Source: an uncultured Methanospirillum sp.
GTDB lineage: Archaea; Halobacteriota; Methanomicrobia; Methanomicrobiales; Methanospirillaceae
NCBI GenBank assembly: GCA_964637135.1
Contig: CAZWTX010000025.1
Coordinates: forward strand, 1-39,625
Direction: 5' to 3'
Length of the DNA: 39,625 bases
Shown: one piece after another, positions 38,791 through 39,625 of the stretch
Layout of the letters: each line of letters begins with the position of its first letter
How positions within the stretch are numbered: position 1 is the first letter of the stretch
Notes under the pieces: model-generated
Database searches by the model: none
What the model saw: the letters and a program-made list of their open reading frames with translations, nothing else
Told to the model about the DNA's origin: nothing
Made by a program: the position numbers and the translations under genes

Positions 38791-39096
38791 ATGTCAGTTC
38801 AGATCATTGAAAACTGGTCTGATATCCGGGGAACAATCCGTGAAATCAGACCCTCTCCCGCAGGTGAGGCGTTCTTCGAGATAACTATTGTAGTGGACAC
38901 TGTCTCCGAAACAGATGGCTTCCCCTCGCTCGTTCTCTTCCACCCGGGAGAGACGATTCCGGTTCAGGGAAGAAAAGACACCCCCGGCTTTGAAAAGATC
39001 TCTAACGGGGCGAAAATCAGTGGCAGAATCAGAATGGCCGGGTCCGGCCGGTATTTCTTCCATCCTGAACTCGTCAGGATTCTTGAACCGGATTAA
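38791..39096 (+). CDS. Small hypothetical beta-rich protein (possible OB-like fold), last gene of the protease/ATP-grasp operon
   Basis: 101 aa, 26 nt after the ligase stop on the same strand; alternating hydrophobic strand pattern. Confidence 0.65.
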   Translation: MSVQIIENWSDIRGTIREIRPSPAGEAFFEITIVVDTVSETDGFPSLVLFHPGETIPVQGRKDTPGFEKISNGAKISGRIRMAGSGRYFFHPELVRILEPD

Positions 39097-39361
39097 TGAC
39101 CTTGTCCGGAGCAGAACGATGAATCAAATTGAACGGGCAGGATATATCAGAAAAATAGCAGAACGGGGTAGTAAAAACCCGTGCATACCCGGAAAAACAT
39201 GATATCAGAACGTTCGGAGTTCTGAATGGTATGCCAGGGGTCTATTGGCTGGTTAGATACGATCCAGGCTGCTTTGCGTATGGGTTGAACAGGCTGCGAA
39301 CGTTCTGGTTTATAGGACCTGTGCGAAGATATCACGGCGAATGTCAAATGCCTCTATCTGT

Positions 39362-39490
39362 TCAGTTCGGTGGTGGCAGCCTCCCGGATCCGTGATCCTG
39401 TTTGTCAGGAATCTCCTCAAGATGCCGGCGGATGAACTTCGGCAGGCGTTCTGCAGGGATTGTTCCCCGGATTGATATGGTAGTGCTCAT
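39362..39490 (-). CDS. Possible 42-aa small protein
   Basis: Hand-translated MSTTISIRGTIPAERLPKFIRRHLEEIPDKQDHGSGRLPPPN; preceded by a strong GGAGGTGA RBS; below the ORF-track cutoff. Confidence 0.35.
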   Translation of the reverse strand: MSTTISIRGTIPAERLPKFIRRHLEEIPDKQDHGSGRLPPPN

Positions 39491-39625
39491 AGGTTCACCT
39501 CCATGTGGGTAACACGGGGACTGATCCTATCCCCGGTGCGAATCTCCGGTGCACGGGTTTCCTGTGCACACTCCATAATCTGCTCTTTGGAAGACATCTA
39601 CCCTCCCCGTATTCTCTGAGCTGAT

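Noticed and set aside
1..39625. CRISPR array, tRNA/rRNA, IS element, or repeat family based on frequent CCGG/TCCGGA words
   Set aside because: No regularly spaced repeats, cloverleafs or transposase motifs recognised; CCGG richness is dispersed and looks like genome-wide word bias.

Overview
Genomic window from an archaeon, most likely a methanogen of the Methanomicrobiales (inferred from gene content, GGAGG/GGTGA ribosome-binding sites and T-run terminators; species not determinable here). It is mostly accessory genes: a 3'-truncated Fic protein, a MarR/flavodoxin/CMD stress cluster, an orphan Fe/B12-type substrate-binding protein, two methyl-accepting chemotaxis proteins, class II ribonucleotide reductase with HIT and macrodomain genes, several small secreted proteins, a triple-Cache protein, two QueG-like Fe-S proteins, TsaA/TrmO and a DtxR-associated feoA-feoA-feoB-orf-feoC operon. 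The best candidate for an undescribed system is the operon at 35140-39096. It encodes a signal-peptide-less M6 metalloprotease whose tail carries a periodic Lys/Asp/Glu repeat and a PFIxxxLRPDL motif, followed by a degenerate ATP-grasp-like protein, an intact graspetide-synthetase-like ATP-grasp ligase and a small beta-rich protein. This suggests a protease-fused RiPP/isopeptide-crosslinking system (inference). Also notable are a secreted Cys-rich protein with a phospholipase A2-like CxxHDxCY motif, two genes each interrupted by one in-frame stop, and several candidate operator palindromes. No rRNA, tRNA, CRISPR array or transposase was recognised. All family calls are by motif recognition, with no database searches.
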